From assembly GCA_037141805.1 (NCBI GenBank), contig JBAXBW010000001.1:1-46334 (forward strand): a stretch of DNA of 46,334 nucleotides. The letters are read 5' to 3'. Below the pieces are notes generated by a model. That model was given only the letters and a program-made list of their open reading frames with translations, was not told the origin of the DNA and did not search any database. Shown here in pieces: positions 42,533 to 46,334 of the stretch. The position numbers and the translations under genes are program-made. Origin of the DNA: Chlorobiaceae bacterium (lineage in GTDB: Bacteria; Bacteroidota; Chlorobiia; Chlorobiales; Chlorobiaceae). Numbering within the stretch: the stretch's first letter is position 1; the number at the start of each line of letters is the position of its first letter.

Positions 42533-43348
42533 ATGAATTATTCCCAGCCATACAGTCCCGGGGGCTTTCAGTTCATACCCCCGGCGATCAAGGTCATTAT
42601 TCTGCTCAATATTGCAGTTTTTCTGCTGCAGTTGACTCCTTTTGGCGACGCAATTTCTTCCCTGGGCGCCTTATGGCCTGTCGGTTCCGGTAACTTCAGA
42701 ATATGGCAACCGGTAACCTACATGTTTCTGCACGGTGGTGGCACCCATCTCTTCTTCAATATGTTCGCCCTCTGGATGTTCGGTGCTGAAATTGAAAATT
42801 ACTGGGGTACCAGACAATTCAATATCTATTATTTTGTCTGCGGAATCGGGGCCGCAGTGATCAACCTGATAGCGACTGTCGGCGACCCCTATCCGACCGT
42901 CGGCGCTTCCGGTGCCATTTACGGGGTCTTGCTGGCTTTCGGCATGATGTTCCCCGAACGCTACATTTTCCTTTACTTTCTCTTCCCGGTAAAGGCAAAG
43001 TACTTTATTGCCGGCTATGCCTTTATTGAGTTTATCTCTGGTTTCGGCAGCCGGGCAATGGGCAGCGGCAGCAACGTTGCCCATTTCGCGCACCTCGGGG
43101 GCATGCTGATCGGCTTTATCTATATTACCATCAAAAGAGCCGAGTGGTCATTTTCAGGATTCTTCAGCAAAATCCGCACCTCAGGCAAAAAGAGAAACGG
43201 TCCACACCTCCATACCAGGAATCGGGTGGCTCCACCGGTTTCTGAAGCAGAAATCAATACCATACTCGACAAGATTTCAGAACGTGGTTATGGATCGTTA
43301 ACCGAGGAAGAACGCCGAAAACTCCTCAGTGCGGGCGGGAAAAAATAA
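42533..43348 (+). CDS. Rhomboid family intramembrane serine protease
   Basis: TYMFLHG...HLFFNM, GASG catalytic Ser, AHFAHLGG, C-terminal ILDKIS..GY.SLT.EE tail. Confidence 0.93.
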   Translation: MNYSQPYSPGGFQFIPPAIKVIILLNIAVFLLQLTPFGDAISSLGALWPVGSGNFRIWQPVTYMFLHGGGTHLFFNMFALWMFGAEIENYWGTRQFNIYYFVCGIGAAVINLIATVGDPYPTVGASGAIYGVLLAFGMMFPERYIFLYFLFPVKAKYFIAGYAFIEFISGFGSRAMGSGSNVAHFAHLGGMLIGFIYITIKRAEWSFSGFFSKIRTSGKKRNGPHLHTRNRVAPPVSEAEINTILDKISERGYGSLTEEERRKLLSAGGKK

Positions 43349-43355
43349 TCCCGGG

Positions 43356-44795
43356 TCAGCAGGGATCCGTTCGCTCAAAACAGGCAACACTTTCGATGTG
43401 ACTGGTATGCGGAAACATGTCAACCGGTTGCACCGATAAAAGCTGATACCCGTGAAGGATCATCTCCTTGCCGTCACGGGCAAGGCTTGCCGGGTTGCAA
43501 CTGACGTAGACAATTCGCTCCGGTCGCAGCCTGAGCATGGTGGAAAGCGCCTTGGCATGCATTCCTGCCCTGGGAGGGTCGGTAATGATTACTTTGGGGG
43601 CATCATAGTTTTCGAGGGTATGAAGCATGGCATGTAAATCCTTAAGATCGACCTGGAAAAATGCAGCGTTGCCAATACCGTTCATTGCAGCATTACTCTG
43701 CGCGTCATTGATCGAACTTTCAACCACTTCAAGACCGATAACCTGATGGCAGTACCTCGCCAGATAGAGCGTTATGGTTCCTGTCCCGCAATAGAGATCA
43801 TAGACCGTATCGGCAGGAGTGAGAGCCGCAACCTCAAGAATGCTGCTGTAAAGAAGCTCAGCCTGAGAAGAGTTCGTCTGAAAAAATGAGTTCGCTGAAA
43901 TCCTGAAATCAAGGCCGCCGAGACGTTCGGTAATGAATCCCTCTCCGCTGAGTATATACTCACAGTCACCCGTTGCAACGGTATTCTTTCGATCAGTCAC
44001 ATTGTTGAGCACTGTCATCTTCTGGCCAGCCATCCCGCCTTCGAGATGCTTCCTGTAGCGCAGCATCATCGCTTCATCATGCCATGAGGTCACAAGATTG
44101 ACCATAATCTCCTCACGGCTTTCACTGAAACGAACAACAAGATTCCGCAAAAAACCGGAGTGTGCCTTGACTGCATAAGGAGCAAGAGTGTTAGCAAGAG
44201 CAAAGTTGCGGGTTAAGGAGAGCACCTGGTTCATCGCCTCTTTTGCAAGATAGCAGTAGTCGATATCGATCACCTTCTCAAAGTTTCCTGGAGTATGAAA
44301 CCCTAGCGCAAACTCTTTCGGACGCAAAAGTTGCTCAAGTGAGAGCTCTTCAGGCAGGAGATAGCGCATGCTTGAAAAGGAAAATTCCATCTTGTTCCGG
44401 TAATGAAACGGCGCAAGAGCTGCAAGCACCGGAGTGACCGGTGGAGCGACAAAATTACCAAGATGCTCAAGAGCATCCTTTACCTTTTTCTGTTTGTAGA
44501 GGAGTTGTGCTTCATAGTGGATATGCATCAGCTTGCATCCTCCGCAAACGCCAAAATAAGCGCATAGAGGAATTGTTCTGTCCGGTGATGGTTCAAGAAC
44601 CTCAATAGCAATGGCTTCGATATAGCGCTGGCGCACCTTTTTTATGCGGGCTGAAATCCGGTCGCCAACGGCAAGCATACCGCCGACCATAACTGCCATG
44701 CCATTGTCGAGCCGTCCGAAACACTGATCTTTCTCTGCCAGATCAGTGACGGTTAACTCGATGATATCACCTTTCCTGAAATTCTCTTCTGCCAT
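43356..44795 (-). CDS. rlmD: 23S rRNA (uracil-1939-C5)-methyltransferase
   Basis: TRAM domain, C.YFGVCGGC, YRNK.EF, SFFQTN, DLYCGTG, DPPRAG, YVSCNP, DMFPHT.H.E. Confidence 0.93.
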   Translation of the reverse strand: MAEENFRKGDIIELTVTDLAEKDQCFGRLDNGMAVMVGGMLAVGDRISARIKKVRQRYIEAIAIEVLEPSPDRTIPLCAYFGVCGGCKLMHIHYEAQLLYKQKKVKDALEHLGNFVAPPVTPVLAALAPFHYRNKMEFSFSSMRYLLPEELSLEQLLRPKEFALGFHTPGNFEKVIDIDYCYLAKEAMNQVLSLTRNFALANTLAPYAVKAHSGFLRNLVVRFSESREEIMVNLVTSWHDEAMMLRYRKHLEGGMAGQKMTVLNNVTDRKNTVATGDCEYILSGEGFITERLGGLDFRISANSFFQTNSSQAELLYSSILEVAALTPADTVYDLYCGTGTITLYLARYCHQVIGLEVVESSINDAQSNAAMNGIGNAAFFQVDLKDLHAMLHTLENYDAPKVIITDPPRAGMHAKALSTMLRLRPERIVYVSCNPASLARDGKEMILHGYQLLSVQPVDMFPHTSHIESVACFERTDPC

Positions 44796-44852
44796 AAAAC
44801 AAGATTAATCGCAATTGATAAAAAAGGTTCTCCTCTTCATTCGATAAATAAC

Positions 44853-45449
44853 TCAAGCAGGACCTTCACGGCGCATTATGCGGGGCTGAATGATATTCTT
44901 CAACACCCAGGAAGAGAAAAGATAGACCAGCATCGCACTGCAAACCCCGATCATCATACCTGCAATAACGTCACCAGGGTAATGAACGCCAACATAAACC
45001 CGCGACCAGGAGATAGCCAGAGCATACAATATCATGATGATAGTGAAGAGTTTCTCAACAAGAACCCCCCGATGAAAGAAAATCCAGATGACTGTCGCCA
45101 CGGCAGCAGCATTCGCAGCATGAGATGAGGCAAAAGAATAACTCCGTGGCTGGCTGACAAGCAGACGAACATGATCGAGAGCAAAACAGGGACGGATTCG
45201 CTGCACAAGGGGCTTGAGTATTCCTGATGCGACCATATCGGCCATACCCAAAGCAATTAGAGCAAGAATAATCACCAGAAAAGCTGATTTTCCGCGTCTG
45301 ATAATCATAAAAAGAGCTGCGAGTACAATAATATGGCCAGACAATTTGACCCTGGTCAGAAAAACCATGAGGTCATCGGCTGCAGGGTGAACCATGTGAA
45401 GGTTCAGCAACTGAAAAAGCCACACATCTGCCTGCTCAATGAGCATCAT
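44853..45449 (-). CDS. PAP2 family phosphatase
   Basis: K.LV.R.RP, SFASSHA, SRVYVGVHYPGD. Confidence 0.92.
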   Translation of the reverse strand: MMLIEQADVWLFQLLNLHMVHPAADDLMVFLTRVKLSGHIIVLAALFMIIRRGKSAFLVIILALIALGMADMVASGILKPLVQRIRPCFALDHVRLLVSQPRSYSFASSHAANAAAVATVIWIFFHRGVLVEKLFTIIMILYALAISWSRVYVGVHYPGDVIAGMMIGVCSAMLVYLFSSWVLKNIIQPRIMRREGPA

Positions 45450-45452
45450 CCT

Positions 45453-46334
45453 TTACTTTTTAGCTCCCCCTTTTTTCTGTTTCCGGGATGACCCAGAGGC
45501 AGAGAATCCGAGATTTATTTTCGGCAGATCAGCCGCAGTTGTTGTTTTATTGATATAAAACTGCTGTGCCACACTGAAGATATTAAACATCAGATAATAG
45601 AGTCCAAGACCAGCAGGCATATTGTTGAAAAAGAGCAGCATCATGGCAGGGAACATGTACATCATCACCTTCATCTGCTCATTGGACTGTGTCGTCGGGG
45701 TGATTTTCTGCTGCATAAAAACAGTCACCGCCATAAGAATAGGAAAAACGGCAATATGGCTTCCATACATTGGAATGGTAAACCCGAAGTCAAGAATCGA
45801 ATCCGGAACAGACAAATCTTTCGCCCAGAGAAAACTGTGCTGTCGAAGCTGTATTGAAGAACGGAAAACGTAGAACATGGCAAAGAGCAGCGGCATCTGA
45901 AGCAGCACTGGCAGGCAGCCACCGATTGGATTAACCCCTGCTTCCTTATAAATTCTGCCCAGCTCACTCTGAAGTTTTGCGGGATTGTCCTTATACTTCT
46001 CCTGAAGCTCCTTGAGTAGGGGCTGCAGTGCTGACATTTTTTTCATTGACTTTGTTGAAGCCATAGAAAGAGGATAGGTCACCAGCTTGATCAGGAAGGC
46101 AAAAATGATAATAATAAGACCGTAATTACTCACATAACCATTCATCCAGTTGAAGACTGGCAAAATGATATACTCCGCAAACGGCCTTGTCAGCCAGTCC
46201 CATCCAAAGTCCATGATTTTTTCCAGCCCAACCTTCTCTGCCTTTACAATATCGTAATCGAGAGGCCCAAGGAAAAGACTGAATTTATCATCGACAACCT
46301 TTCCCGTTGAAGGGATACCCATTTTCAGGGCAAC
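45453..46334 (-). CDS. yidC: Membrane protein insertase YidC, 3' part (start outside the window)
   Basis: DFGW, NYGL.II, SMKKM..LQP, GVNP.GGCLP.LLQMP, FLWA.DLS.PD, GLGLYY. Confidence 0.95.
   Translation of the reverse strand, partial: VALKMGIPSTGKVVDDKFSLFLGPLDYDIVKAEKVGLEKIMDFGWDWLTRPFAEYIILPVFNWMNGYVSNYGLIIIIFAFLIKLVTYPLSMASTKSMKKMSALQPLLKELQEKYKDNPAKLQSELGRIYKEAGVNPIGGCLPVLLQMPLLFAMFYVFRSSIQLRQHSFLWAKDLSVPDSILDFGFTIPMYGSHIAVFPILMAVTVFMQQKITPTTQSNEQMKVMMYMFPAMMLLFFNNMPAGLGLYYLMFNIFSVAQQFYINKTTTAADLPKINLGFSASGSSRKQKKGGAKK

Noticed and set aside
1-46334. CRISPR arrays, IS elements, prophage or defence genes
   Set aside because: No repeat-spacer periodicity and no transposase, integrase or phage-like ORFs found by eye.

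Overview
Mostly core chromosome of a green sulfur bacterium (Chlorobiaceae; inferred from gene order and protein character, not from a database search). Housekeeping content: a Bacteroidota/Chlorobi-type sdhCAB/frdCAB operon, rlpA, SRP RNA (ffs), trpS-HAD-argS, nadD, bamD, tRNA-Ala(CGC), the Fo+delta half of a split ATP synthase operon, pgeF, a CoA transferase, a dcw cluster from mraZ to ftsZ with MraZ-box-like repeats, chorismate mutase, mltG, pgk, rhomboid, rlmD, PAP2 and partial yidC. The most interesting region is the left end (1-3982). A small membrane-targeted Cys-motif ORF ending in DHPP lies before a 280-nt structured leader and an OprC-type copper TonB receptor (CxxxM + HxM), followed by a secreted TPR gene that the ORF track missed; a lipoprotein cytochrome c is divergent. 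This resembles a CruR-like, copper-sensing ribosome-stalling regulatory module in a new lineage. An orphan TpsB (ShlB/FhaC) transporter sits upstream of mraZ. No transposases, prophage or CRISPR were seen.
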